Numbered from the stretch's first letter, positions 1 through 9,937 are shown. The stretch: DNA of 64,000 nucleotides from Candidatus Cloacimonadales bacterium (GCA_963662585.1 OY759729.1:2976001-3040000), one strand, 5' to 3'. Notes: generated by a model from the letters alone, not told the origin. Numbers and translations: made by a program.

Positions 1-1
1 A

Positions 2-922
2 GCAATTGATGAAGCTGTAGATGAATATCTTGAAGAAATGAAGCAAAAGAATTCTGAAATGGTTGAAGTTGCTGATGAGATTCAAAACAATGATACAGTT
101 GAATTTGAATTAACATTTACTCACAATGGTGAAGAGAAAGTTGAAGTAGTAACTGTTCCAATTTCTCAAGAACAAGAAAATCATGACAAGATAGTTGATG
201 ATGCTATTGCTAAGAAAATTGGTGATAAATTCCCAACAGAAATATCTTCTTTTAGTATTCAAAGTGTTAAACTTGATGATGGAAGTGTAGAAGTTAATGC
301 TATGGTTAATTCAATTCAGAGATTAAAAGAAGCTGTAATCGATGACGCTTTTGCTAAAACACTAGATTATGATAATTTAGCAGCAATGCGCGAATCTTTA
401 GCTCAAGAATTAGCTTTAAAAACAGAGAAGAATAATCAGAATGAACTTAATAAAAAGATCATGGAATCTATCATCGCTGAAAATGATTTCCAAGTTCCAA
501 GTGTAATTATTGCTAATGAAGCTTACAGACAAGCTAAGCAATATATGCCTGGTAAAGAACCTGATGAACAAATGATTAATATTCTTTCTCAATTTGTTAC
601 TCCTCAAATCAAAGAGATTTATGTCTATGAAGCATTAAGAAAAGACTATGCTATAGAAGTAACAGACGAGCAAGTTGATGCTTTAGTAAAAAAACTTGCT
701 AAATTAGAAGATATCACAGCTGAAGAATTTAGAGAAGAACATAAAGATCTCTTTGAAGATGATAGAATGAAAGATGAAGTAATGTTTGATCAAATATTCA
801 CTGACTTAGCTAAAAAAGTTCAGATAATTGATCCAGAAGTTTATGCTGAAGAGAAAAAAGCAGAACTTCAAGCTAAAAAAGATTCAACTGAGACAAAAGA
901 AATAGAAAATAAAGAAGCATAA
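2..922 (+). CDS. tig: Trigger factor (5'-partial; frame is open from the window start)
   Basis: Acidic helical C-terminal trigger-factor-like region ('ENDFQVPSVII', 'IEVTDEQVD'), directly upstream of clpP-clpX in the canonical tig-clpP-clpX order. Confidence 0.85.
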   Translation, partial: AIDEAVDEYLEEMKQKNSEMVEVADEIQNNDTVEFELTFTHNGEEKVEVVTVPISQEQENHDKIVDDAIAKKIGDKFPTEISSFSIQSVKLDDGSVEVNAMVNSIQRLKEAVIDDAFAKTLDYDNLAAMRESLAQELALKTEKNNQNELNKKIMESIIAENDFQVPSVIIANEAYRQAKQYMPGKEPDEQMINILSQFVTPQIKEIYVYEALRKDYAIEVTDEQVDALVKKLAKLEDITAEEFREEHKDLFEDDRMKDEVMFDQIFTDLAKKVQIIDPEVYAEEKKAELQAKKDSTETKEIENKEA

Positions 923-942
923 TTTATTAATAAGGAGTATTC

Positions 943-1527
943 ATGCCTTATGTACCAATGGTAGTAGAGCAAGTAGGAAGAAGCGAGAGAGCTTATGATA
1001 TCTATTCAAGATTACTAAAAGATAGAATTATTTTTATCGGAGGTCCTATTGATGATCATGTAGCAAATCTTGTAGTAGCTCAATTATTGCACTTAGAAGC
1101 TGAAGATCCAAAGAAGGATATTAATATATATATAAATAGTCCTGGTGGTGTTGTTACTGCCGGTTTAGCTATTTACGATACTATCCAGTTTATAAAACCA
1201 GATGTATCAACAACCTGTATTGGCCAAGCAGCCAGTATGGGAGCCTTTCTTCTTACAGCAGGAACTAAAGGAAAGAGATATTCTCTTCCTAATAGTAGAA
1301 TAATGATTCACCAACCTCTTGGTGGTGCTCAGGGGCAAGCCTCTGATATCGAAATCGCTGCTAAAGAGATTCTTTTCTTAAAAGGTCATTTGAATAGTAT
1401 CTTGCAAAAACATACTGGACAGCCTTTAGAAAAGATTGAAAATGATACAGATAGAAATTTCTTTATGACAGCAGAAGATGCTAAGAAATATGGTTTAATT
1501 GACCAAGTTATTGAAAATAGAGGTTAA
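943..1527 (+). CDS. clpP: ATP-dependent Clp protease proteolytic subunit
   Basis: '[16 protein letters not shown]', 'YINSPGG', '[10 protein letters not shown]', 'IMIHQP' motifs; RBS AAGGAG. Confidence 0.99.
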   Translation: MPYVPMVVEQVGRSERAYDIYSRLLKDRIIFIGGPIDDHVANLVVAQLLHLEAEDPKKDINIYINSPGGVVTAGLAIYDTIQFIKPDVSTTCIGQAASMGAFLLTAGTKGKRYSLPNSRIMIHQPLGGAQGQASDIEIAAKEILFLKGHLNSILQKHTGQPLEKIENDTDRNFFMTAEDAKKYGLIDQVIENRG

Positions 1528-1532
1528 GGTAT

Positions 1533-2852
1533 ATGGCAAAATATACAAACTCTAAAGATATGATTTGCTCATTCTGTGGTAGGGGAGAAGATGAAGCAGG
1601 AATGCTAATTCATGGCTTAAATGCTAACATCTGTAAGCATTGTGTCTCTCTCTGTGATGACCTTTTTGATGAAGAGGAATCTGTCAATAGGGGAAGTTCT
1701 CAGGATGAGAGTGTTAAAACTCTACCAATTCCTAGCGAGATTAAGAAGTTTCTTGATCTCTATGTAATAGGACAAAACTCTGCGAAAGAACTACTTTCTG
1801 TAGCTGTTTATAACCATTACAAGAGAATTTTTAGAGCAGATGAACTTGATGAAGATATTGAATTAGATAAATCTAATGTTTTAATGATTGGACCTACCGG
1901 AACAGGTAAAACTCTCATGGCTGAAACTTTAGCCAGAATGTTAAAAGTTCCTTTTGCTATTGCTGATGCGACTACTTTAACTGAAGCTGGTTATGTTGGT
2001 GAAGATGTGGAAAATATTCTTACAAAACTTCTCCAAAATGCCGAGTTTGATGTTGAAAAAGCTCAGCGTGGTATCATTTACATAGATGAAATAGATAAGA
2101 TTGGCAGAAAAAGCGAATCAACTTCTATTACTCGTGATGTTTCTGGTGAAGGTGTGCAACAAGCTCTTCTAAAAATCTTAGAAGGATCAATTGTTAATGT
2201 TCCACCAAAAGGAGGCAGAAAACACCCAAATCAAGACTTTATTCAATTAGATACTCGCAAAATTCTCTTTATCTGTGGTGGTGCTTTTATCAATATTGAT
2301 AAGATTATTGCTAATAGAGTAGTTAAAAAGAGTGTCGGATTCGAGTCTGATTTAGCTGAAAGAATGAATGAACACAATCTTCTTGCAAAATTAGAACCCG
2401 ATGATTTAGTTCGCTATGGTCTTATTCCAGAATTGATAGGTAGATTACCAGTTGTCTGTACTCTTGATGAACTCGATACAGATGCCTTAATCAGAATTCT
2501 TACAGAACCTAAAAATTCTATTGTAAGACAATTCTCTAAAATGTTGAAACTTGATGGAGTAGAGTTAGAAATCACTACCGAAGCTCTGAAAGAAGTTGCT
2601 AACATTGCTCAAAAGCAAAAAACAGGTGCTAGATCTTTACGCTCTATCTTAGAAAGAAGAATGCTAGACATTATGTATAATCTTCCTGATATGCCTGATA
2701 TTAACAAGTGTATTGTTGATGTTGATTATATCAAAGGAGAACGAAATGAACCTGTCTATGAAAAGGTTGAGTTCCCTAAGGAAGAAGCTAAGAAGCCAAC
2801 AGCTAAGACCAAGGCTAAACCAAAAGCAAAAGCTAAAGCTAGTACAAAATAA
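1533..2852 (+). CDS. clpX: ATP-dependent Clp protease ATP-binding subunit
   Basis: N-terminal C4 zinc finger (CSFC...CKHC), Walker A GPTGTGKT, 'IDEIDKI', '[14 protein letters not shown]'. Confidence 0.99.
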   Translation: MAKYTNSKDMICSFCGRGEDEAGMLIHGLNANICKHCVSLCDDLFDEEESVNRGSSQDESVKTLPIPSEIKKFLDLYVIGQNSAKELLSVAVYNHYKRIFRADELDEDIELDKSNVLMIGPTGTGKTLMAETLARMLKVPFAIADATTLTEAGYVGEDVENILTKLLQNAEFDVEKAQRGIIYIDEIDKIGRKSESTSITRDVSGEGVQQALLKILEGSIVNVPPKGGRKHPNQDFIQLDTRKILFICGGAFINIDKIIANRVVKKSVGFESDLAERMNEHNLLAKLEPDDLVRYGLIPELIGRLPVVCTLDELDTDALIRILTEPKNSIVRQFSKMLKLDGVELEITTEALKEVANIAQKQKTGARSLRSILERRMLDIMYNLPDMPDINKCIVDVDYIKGERNEPVYEKVEFPKEEAKKPTAKTKAKPKAKAKASTK

Positions 2853-2873
2853 AACTAGTTCAAGATAAATTAC

Positions 2874-2904
2874 AAGAGGTGAAGAAATTCACCTCTTATT
2901 TTTT
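2874..2904 (+). terminator. Rho-independent terminator after clpX
   Basis: AAGAGGTGAA-GAAA-TTCACCTCTT stem followed by ATTTTTT. Confidence 0.85.
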
Positions 2905-2995
2905 GGGTCATATTTTAGTCAGTATGTTTTTAATATTTGAAATCCCGCAGGGTACTTACTTTAATTTTGTGCTAGCAGTTTTAAGTGTTAGACAT

Positions 2996-3170
2996 CCTCT
3001 TCTGTCGGACGGTGGAGATTCTCTCCGCCATTCCTCGTTAAATCCCCCTCGGCGGAGGGGAAACAGGGGGTGTTTTCTAACAGAGAGTGCTGATAGGGTG
3101 GAATCTGGTGACACGGAGGTCCCCAGTCCATATTATGGCGGACAGAATGTCCATCGTCCGACTGAAGAGG
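2996..3170. repeat. REPIN-like element: 35-bp inverted repeat pair enclosing other REP-like hairpins
   Basis: 2996-3030 matches the reverse complement of 3136-3170 at 31/35; a third copy lies at 48273-48306. Confidence 0.8.
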
Positions 3171-3524
3171 TATTTTGCTCAAGCAGATGTTGGATTAATT
3201 AGCAATTATATTTCCTATTCAGCGACTAAAAGCTTTAACTCATTTTCGGTGTATTTCATAGCGAAGGACAATCCAGAGTTTAACGATGAACATAATGCTT
3301 ATGCAGAATTTGTTATTGCAAACTGCTAATCAGTTAATACAAATTTAAAAAGCTAATTGCAATGTTTGAAACAATTGTAAATGCTTTTTAAATTGTTAAA
3401 TTTGGTATAACATACTTAAAACTTAGTATGAATTCTCACAATACAAATGTATATTTGAAATAATAATTTATTTATACTATTAATTCATTCATTTCATTCT
3501 CATAACAAATCATTAATCATTTAA

Positions 3525-5774
3525 TTAAAGTTTTTTCTTTATCAAACTTTTAAACTCATCGTAATTACCTTTAGAACTTTCTATTAACTCTGTTACTAAA
3601 TTCACAGGAATATTATATCTATATATCATAGTACCTGGAATACTTTTATTTTCTGCGACCTCTAATATCTTGTTTTTAATCAAGTCACTGAGCAACTCAT
3701 TTATTTCTGAAGTATAAGCTTTTCCATATTCTTTAATAAGAAGACCTTCAGTAAACATACTACTTCGTTTTAATAATCGTGTAATTTTTGAGATAATTTT
3801 CATATTACAATCTAGTTTAAATTCATTAGCTACTTCATTTTTTTCATTTCCAAAATAATTTTCTACTATAGAAGTAATTATCTTTGGGTCATACACTTCT
3901 GAGTGATCTTCAAAAACAATGAAATTAACACTACTGGATTTAATTTTAATCTCTTGGCTTGAGTTCGCACGATTAATTATCAGTGTTTTAATCAAGCACT
4001 CATTGAAATGACAGCTCTTAATATTTCCTTTCAATAGATCAATTACCTCAAAATTGCATTTCTCAAAATTGATATTTTGAAGTGGAGCTGAGAGATTAGA
4101 AAAATCAAAATATAATGATTCCACATCTATGTCATCAGTGTGAGAAGTACTCAAAAGGTACGGTAGTATTTTTGCGATGTTAGTATTTAAAAATGAATAT
4201 GAATGATTAACAAGAACCAATGCTTTCAAATACGAAATAGTGTTATCAACTTTTTCACTTGATATTTTTTCAATTATACCTTTAACTGTACTTTCTGTAA
4301 GAATTGCAATCGACAATAATCGTATAACATTATTATTATTCCTTTGTTTTATCTGTCTTGAGATGAATGATGCTAAAAAATAAAATCTAAACTCATCATG
4401 TTCAAAAAAAATAGAACGTTCAATAGGTACCAAAATCGCATGATTTTTTATTCTCTCAGATACTTGCTTAACGGCAGTAAGGTCTTTTTTCCCTATATCT
4501 TGAATATATTCTTCAATCCATAAATCACAGTATTCATAACTTAAAGATTGAGATTGATTTAACCACATTTCCGATGCAAAAAGTTCAAGAAGTCCTAGAT
4601 GCTCTTCCAGAGTAAGCAATAAACCCGACCTCTTAAATCTGTCCTTCCACTTTAAATTCTCACGGTTAATCGCTTCAATAATGAATGTTGATAAAAAATT
4701 AGATGAACGACTAAAGAAGTTTTTCATGTAAGAATCCAAATCAGTTTCTTTATCGTTACAAACATCTATTACAATATCTATCAACTTATTGACAAGGAAA
4801 GGACGAGTTAATATTGGGTGATTATTACCTATCATGCTAACTAATCCAGAATATATTTTTTGTCCGTTTTTTATACTTCTTAATTTACAATATTCTATGA
4901 AATCTTTTTCATTCCATCTATTTATTTGAAACTGATAATTATTGATTCCAGATTTAAAGAAATCCATCAATATTCTAGCTCTAATTGGGCTTGCTTCGTT
5001 AAAATATGCTTTCCTAGATGCAATTATAATCTTACCTTCAGAATCAAATTCATCAACAAAATTACTTAGTGATTGGAACATATCATTTGACATATCCATA
5101 AAAAGTTCTTCAAAACCATCAAGTACAATAATTATCTTCTTCATTTTAATAAGCTCTACTAAAATATCCCAACTTAAAAAATGAAACTTAAAATAATTGA
5201 CAATCGTTCCAATAATCAAATGATCTAAATGAAAGAATTGCTCCCCACAAAGATCTATGGGAATAATTAAAGGCTTTTCAGGATTTCTTAAGAACTCAGT
5301 AGCTTGTAACTTTACAAGTTCATGTATAGTTGTACTCTTACCCTCTCCTGCATCAGACAACAGCCAAAAAATTTCTGAACAATTAGCAATAGAATCTCCA
5401 TTAAGAATGGTTCTAATTTCATCAATAAGATCGCAAGTTTTCTTCGGTTTATCATCTATAAGTTCACCATTTTCTATAACATAATCTGATTGACCTTTGG
5501 GAGTAATAAATGCTGATATTTTCAACTCCGGAGAATTCATTTTTTCAAGGATTCTCTCAGCTAAAAAACGCATTTTAATTAGTTTTACTGTAATCCATAT
5601 TTCAGCTTTTAAATCTAAATCATCATCACTAATGTAAATATCTCCAGATTTGTTGATAGTTTTTATAAAGTGAACTTCACTATAATATGAGAACACAACT
5701 TCTCCTTTACTTCTGTCTTCGGTTATGTTATCAGCTACTTTGTTTAATAGAGCTATAAAGTGTTTGTAATTCAT
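3525..5774 (-). CDS. NACHT/STAND-like NTPase with C-terminal pentapeptide-like and winged-helix-like regions
   Basis: Walker A 'SDAGEGKST', Walker B 'IIIVLDGFEE', sensor 'IIIASR', 'LTRPFLV', NACHT-associated 'FFEHDEFRFYFLA'. Confidence 0.75.
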   Translation of the reverse strand: MNYKHFIALLNKVADNITEDRSKGEVVFSYYSEVHFIKTINKSGDIYISDDDLDLKAEIWITVKLIKMRFLAERILEKMNSPELKISAFITPKGQSDYVIENGELIDDKPKKTCDLIDEIRTILNGDSIANCSEIFWLLSDAGEGKSTTIHELVKLQATEFLRNPEKPLIIPIDLCGEQFFHLDHLIIGTIVNYFKFHFLSWDILVELIKMKKIIIVLDGFEELFMDMSNDMFQSLSNFVDEFDSEGKIIIASRKAYFNEASPIRARILMDFFKSGINNYQFQINRWNEKDFIEYCKLRSIKNGQKIYSGLVSMIGNNHPILTRPFLVNKLIDIVIDVCNDKETDLDSYMKNFFSRSSNFLSTFIIEAINRENLKWKDRFKRSGLLLTLEEHLGLLELFASEMWLNQSQSLSYEYCDLWIEEYIQDIGKKDLTAVKQVSERIKNHAILVPIERSIFFEHDEFRFYFLASFISRQIKQRNNNNVIRLLSIAILTESTVKGIIEKISSEKVDNTISYLKALVLVNHSYSFLNTNIAKILPYLLSTSHTDDIDVESLYFDFSNLSAPLQNINFEKCNFEVIDLLKGNIKSCHFNECLIKTLIINRANSSQEIKIKSSSVNFIVFEDHSEVYDPKIITSIVENYFGNEKNEVANEFKLDCNMKIISKITRLLKRSSMFTEGLLIKEYGKAYTSEINELLSDLIKNKILEVAENKSIPGTMIYRYNIPVNLVTELIESSKGNYDEFKSLIKKKL

Positions 5775-6481
5775 AGTTTATATCCAATTCTGTTAAAATT
5801 ATTATTTCTCTGGAAAAGACTTGTATATCTAAAAGAATCTCTGTTCATATCTATCAAATGAACTTTTAAATAATTGGTTGCTATCAATACTCCAGGAATC
5901 ATATCATCATCAGAAGAAACAATAAATACACCTTCATTTGGGTCTTTAGTATTACTTTTGTGAGAAATCTCTATCAAATCAGCTACAATCATTGAGTCAA
6001 CCAATTTCTGTTCATTTTGATAGAAGAAATCATGAAAGTAACCTTCATCACAAATTTTCCTTTCATTTTTTAAAACTGAAAACAAATCATTAACTTTGCA
6101 ATTTTGACATTTATTACATGTTTTATTAGTTCTAAAGATTTTTCTAATATTCCTATTCGTTCTATATGTAGCAGGTATAGTCACACCTTGAATTAATCCA
6201 AAAGCAATATCACATGTAACAGGTATATTAATATTGTCATGTATAATAGTAAAATTTCGGCTTCTACCAATTTTTTTTTGAACTAAGACCGACATATCAG
6301 TTTTATCCTTACCCCTCATCCATCCTCCATAAAGTCGGAAACACAGTTTAGAGTTTTTAAACAACTCACTTGAACAGGAAAAAATTATTTCTTCACAAAT
6401 TCTTTTTATTGAATTCTCTCTACTAATACTTTGAGGGAGATTATCATAATCTACTAGTATATATTTATCTTTTCTATTCAA
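5771..6481 (-). CDS. NYN (LabA/DUF88 PIN-like) domain putative RNase with a Cys-rich insert
   Basis: 'ILVDYDNL', 'EQKLVDSMIVADL', 'IVSSDDDMIP' acidic catalytic motifs; TTG start with AAGGAGG RBS; 4-bp ATGA overlap with the NTPase. Confidence 0.8.
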   Translation of the reverse strand: MNRKDKYILVDYDNLPQSISRENSIKRICEEIIFSCSSELFKNSKLCFRLYGGWMRGKDKTDMSVLVQKKIGRSRNFTIIHDNINIPVTCDIAFGLIQGVTIPATYRTNRNIRKIFRTNKTCNKCQNCKVNDLFSVLKNERKICDEGYFHDFFYQNEQKLVDSMIVADLIEISHKSNTKDPNEGVFIVSSDDDMIPGVLIATNYLKVHLIDMNRDSFRYTSLFQRNNNFNRIGYKL

Positions 6482-6559
6482 GTAGCCTCCTTCTTTAGGA
6501 ATATATTAATTTATAAAAAAACTAAGTTTATAGTGTTGTCAAGAACTTTAATTTATTTT

Positions 6560-6799
6560 ATGGCATACCCCCATTTTTTCAAGGATTAATTTTCTTATTT
6601 TATTATCTATCAATTATTTATACTGTTTCTAAAAGTGTCTTAATATTAGCCTTGTTTACAAGCTTTCTAGTAATTTAAATGGAAAAGTATAAGTTTATTT
6701 GTAATGCCTATAAATCAATCTTTTCGGACACTATTGATAGCTAAAATAGTATAAAACTGAAAGTTCGCATACTATATCAAGTTTTTTTGGGTATGCCTG
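6560..6799. mobile_element. 240-bp MITE, internal-deletion derivative of the IS at 13572-15149
   Basis: Ends ATGGCATACCCCCA...TTTTTGGGTATGCCTG; perfect 14-bp TSD CTTTAATTTATTTT (6546-6559, 6800-6813); body colinear with IS 14918-15149. Confidence 0.93.
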
Positions 6800-7373
6800 C
6801 TTTAATTTATTTTCTTGTACCATTAATAAATTATTATTGAAGAAGTAAAGATTCTATCAATATCTACTTTGAAAGTAAGCATATCCAATTATCATTAAAC
6901 AACAAAATTTAAAGCATACAGATTCTTTGGAAATCTTTCAAATAAGATTGCAAAGACATTAGTATCAATAAATGTCAAACTGTTATTGAATTAGTGAAGT
7001 TAGGCTGTATCATTAATGGATCAATGAAGATATTGTGTCATGTCTTGATTAAACCAAAGTACTCGCAAAACATTATATAATTTTTCTTTAATGTGTTTTT
7101 TGATCTTATCTAATTTTGCTTACAAATTCTTAGGATAATAGCCTTTTAAGTTGCAAAAAAGATATCAGTTGTAACAAAAGAATAGAAGCACAAGATATTG
7201 AGATATATGCTTACAAGTTATAAAAACTAAAGTAACTTTACACATTTATTCACATACATTCAATAATCTTCAACTTATTTCTAAGGAACATATATTACAT
7301 ATAAATTGTGCATGCAAAATAGTGGGATGTGTGTAATCTTAATTTATTATACGATTGCGATGAAAAATAAATA

Positions 7374-7398
7374 TGGGGCATAGTTTATATATGCCCCA
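7374..7398 (-). terminator. Terminator downstream of gpmA
   Basis: TGGGGCATA...TATGCCCCA stem followed by a T-rich tract on the minus strand. Confidence 0.7.
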
Positions 7399-7405
7399 AC
7401 AGATA

Positions 7406-8152
7406 TTATTTACTTTTCCCTTGATTAGCAACAGCTGCTTGAGCCTTGGCTATTTCATCTTGATTACCTAAGTATTTACTAGAAATAGGTTTCATGTTTT
7501 CATCTAATTCATAGACTAAAGGAATACCAGTAGGAATGTTTAATTTTAAAATATCTTCTTCAGAAATATTGTCTAAATATTTCACTAAAGCTCTGAGACT
7601 ATTACCGTGAGCAGCGATTATTAATCTTTTTCCGGCTTTAATATCAGGAACAATTTTCTCATTCCAATAAGGGAGTACTCTAGCCACTGTATCTTTCAAA
7701 CATTCAGTAAGAGGTAATTCTTCTTTGGTGAGTGAAGCATAACGAGGGTCATTGCCAGGGAATCTTTCATCAGCTTCTTCTAAGGCAGGAGGAGGAGTGT
7801 CGTAAGATCTTCTCCAAATAAGGACTTGGTCATCACCATATTTTTGAGCTGTTTCAGCTTTATTCAAACCTTGCAAAGCACCATAATGACGCTCATTTAA
7901 CTGCCAAGCACGCTCAACGGGAATCCACATAAGGTCTAAACCTTCAAGAGTATGCCATAAAGTTTTGATTGCTCTTTTCAATACTGAGGTATAAGCTTTA
8001 TCAAAAACAAATCCTTCTTCTTTAAGTAATTTACCCGCAGCAATTGCTTCTAAATTTCCCTTTTCTGACAATTCAACATCTGTCCAACCAGTGAATTTAT
8101 TCTCTTTATTCCATTGGGATTCACCATGTCTAATTAAAACTATTTTATACAT
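7406..8152 (-). CDS. gpmA: 2,3-bisphosphoglycerate-dependent phosphoglycerate mutase
   Basis: '[10 protein letters not shown]', '[14 protein letters not shown]', 'AHGNSLRAL'. Confidence 0.98.
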   Translation of the reverse strand: MYKIVLIRHGESQWNKENKFTGWTDVELSEKGNLEAIAAGKLLKEEGFVFDKAYTSVLKRAIKTLWHTLEGLDLMWIPVERAWQLNERHYGALQGLNKAETAQKYGDDQVLIWRRSYDTPPPALEEADERFPGNDPRYASLTKEELPLTECLKDTVARVLPYWNEKIVPDIKAGKRLIIAAHGNSLRALVKYLDNISEEDILKLNIPTGIPLVYELDENMKPISSKYLGNQDEIAKAQAAVANQGKSK

Positions 8153-8258
8153 ATTTTTCCTTTAAATTATTTTAAACTCTATCTATTCTTATCAGTGTTT
8201 ATTAGTGTTATCCGTGGCTGATATTCTTCTATTTTCTTCAGATTTTTATGAATAAAGC

Positions 8259-8804
8259 CTAACACTCGATCTTTGTATCTATATTTTTATATTTGATTCC
8301 ACCATCATTGCGTTCTTCTTCTCTTGCCATGATATAAAGTAAGTCTGAGAGTCTGTTAACAAAAGCGATTATATTAGGATTTACTTCAGTATGATTATTT
8401 AATTCAATAATCCTGCGTTCAGCTCTTCTGGCAATGGTTCTACAAACATCTAATTTAGCAGACTGCAGAGTATTACCAGGAACCACAAATCCTGTAAGTT
8501 TAACTTTTTCTTCAAAATGATGAACACAATCAGTAAGTTTATCAATATCACTTACTTCAATTGGGGTAACGAAAGCTTTCTCAATCGAAGCTAACTCTCC
8601 CATTATTCTCATTAATTTATTCTGAACCTCTTCTAATATATCATGTATTTGGGAGATTTTAACAAAGTGTTTAGCCTCCCCAATATGAGAATCTAACTCA
8701 TCAACTGTACCATAAGATTCTACTCTAATGTCGGACTTCTTAATCCTCTGACCAGACCATAGGCTAGTCATCCCTTTATCGCCTCCCTTAGTAGAAATAC
8801 TCAT
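8259..8804 (-). CDS. ATP:cob(I)alamin adenosyltransferase (PduO type)
   Basis: 'TKGGDKGMT', 'YGTVDEL', 'RTIARRAERR', 'NRLSDLLY' motifs. Confidence 0.93.
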   Translation of the reverse strand: MSISTKGGDKGMTSLWSGQRIKKSDIRVESYGTVDELDSHIGEAKHFVKISQIHDILEEVQNKLMRIMGELASIEKAFVTPIEVSDIDKLTDCVHHFEEKVKLTGFVVPGNTLQSAKLDVCRTIARRAERRIIELNNHTEVNPNIIAFVNRLSDLLYIMAREEERNDGGIKYKNIDTKIEC

Positions 8805-8813
8805 GTTAACTCC

Positions 8814-9185
8814 CTATTTAGTTGCAGTTACAGAAATTTCTACTAGTCCACCAAGTGGTAAAGCTGCAACTTCGAATGCGTAACGAGCAGGGAATGGAGC
8901 TTGAAAGTACTTACCATAAATTTCATTTACTACTTTGAATTGACCAAGATCCTTTAAGAAAACTTCTGCTTTCACTACATTCTCAAAACCCATACCAGCT
9001 TCTTCTAAGATGGCTTTTAAATTAGAGAAAACACGCTCTGCTTGAGCTGCAAATCCTTCTTCAAATTTACCTGTCTCAGGATTGATTCCTAAGGCTCCTG
9101 ATACGAATAAAAAACCGTTTGCTAAAACTGCTTGTGAGTAAGGTCCGACTGCTGCCGGAGCTTTTGGTGTTGATATAACTTTCAT
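8814..9185 (-). CDS. ridA: RidA/YjgF family enamine deaminase
   Basis: 'APAAVGPYSQAV', 'PAR', 'LPLGGLVEI'. Confidence 0.92.
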   Translation of the reverse strand: MKVISTPKAPAAVGPYSQAVLANGFLFVSGALGINPETGKFEEGFAAQAERVFSNLKAILEEAGMGFENVVKAEVFLKDLGQFKVVNEIYGKYFQAPFPARYAFEVAALPLGGLVEISVTATK

Positions 9186-9567
9186 TTTAATTCTCCTAGA
9201 TATTTATATTTTTTACATATTAATTGATAGGGTTTGGATGTCAAATGAAAAATGATATTTCGCAGGAGAGATAACATATCAAGCTGTTTCAAAGAATGAT
9301 AAGTATAAGTATGATGACATAATTCAAAGAGTAAGAAGTCTATTCATCATCGCCTATCAAATCAGTATGTAGTCTTCAGAAGATTAGATTTGAATAACTC
9401 ACATATTTAGAAGCAAAAGAACCACTCCTAACTTAACAATATTCCAATTTTTCTTGACTGAAATATCTAATAGTAAAATAGTTAATTTATAGTTACAGTG
9501 AATTATTACTAGATTTTATTCTAAGTGGTATTTCCTGTTCAATAGTAGGATAAATGGAGGTTTAACT

Positions 9568-9729
9568 ATGAAGAAAGTTAAGAAAATTAAGAATAATTTA
9601 AGTGCTGTAAGAAGTGTTCAAATAGATCAAGGTGCTTATGATGGAAGATTTGCTCCGAAAGTTTATGATGATAAGAAAAAGAAAGTTAAGAGTGGTTATC
9701 GCAAGCATAAGAATCAAGATAATGGCTAG
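9568..9729 (+). CDS. 53-aa basic small protein, possibly ArfA-like (absent from the ORF track)
   Basis: GGAGG RBS 7 nt upstream; MKKVKKIKNNLSAVRSVQIDQGAYDGRFAPKVYDDKKKKVKSGYRKHKNQDNG*. Confidence 0.6.
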   Translation: MKKVKKIKNNLSAVRSVQIDQGAYDGRFAPKVYDDKKKKVKSGYRKHKNQDNG

Positions 9730-9871
9730 AATGATTTTATCTTGAGATCTTAATTTAAAAGAAGTTTACTAGTTTAAGATTAGTAGTTATAGTATTTAAT
9801 ACTAGTAGTTTATGTGATTTTATTTAGTTATAAATTACCCTCATAATGTTTTATCTCTAAGTCTTCATCCC

Positions 9872-9937
9872 TTGCTCCTTCTCACTCAATTCAATGATTT
9901 TTTGGTTTTAAATCGAAATGACAGTAATGGAGCAGAG
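9872..9937. repeat. 66-bp element, copy 1 (upstream of the hfs-like operon)
   Basis: 55/66 ungapped identity with 41029-41094; ends TGCTCC...GGAGCA are complementary. Confidence 0.8.

Noticed and set aside
2879..3329. Short ORFs downstream of clpX
   Set aside because: They run through a terminator and REP hairpins and have atypical composition.
6814..7370. Possible gene remnant between the MITE and gpmA
   Set aside because: No ORF of 60 aa or more and no recognisable motif; cannot be supported.
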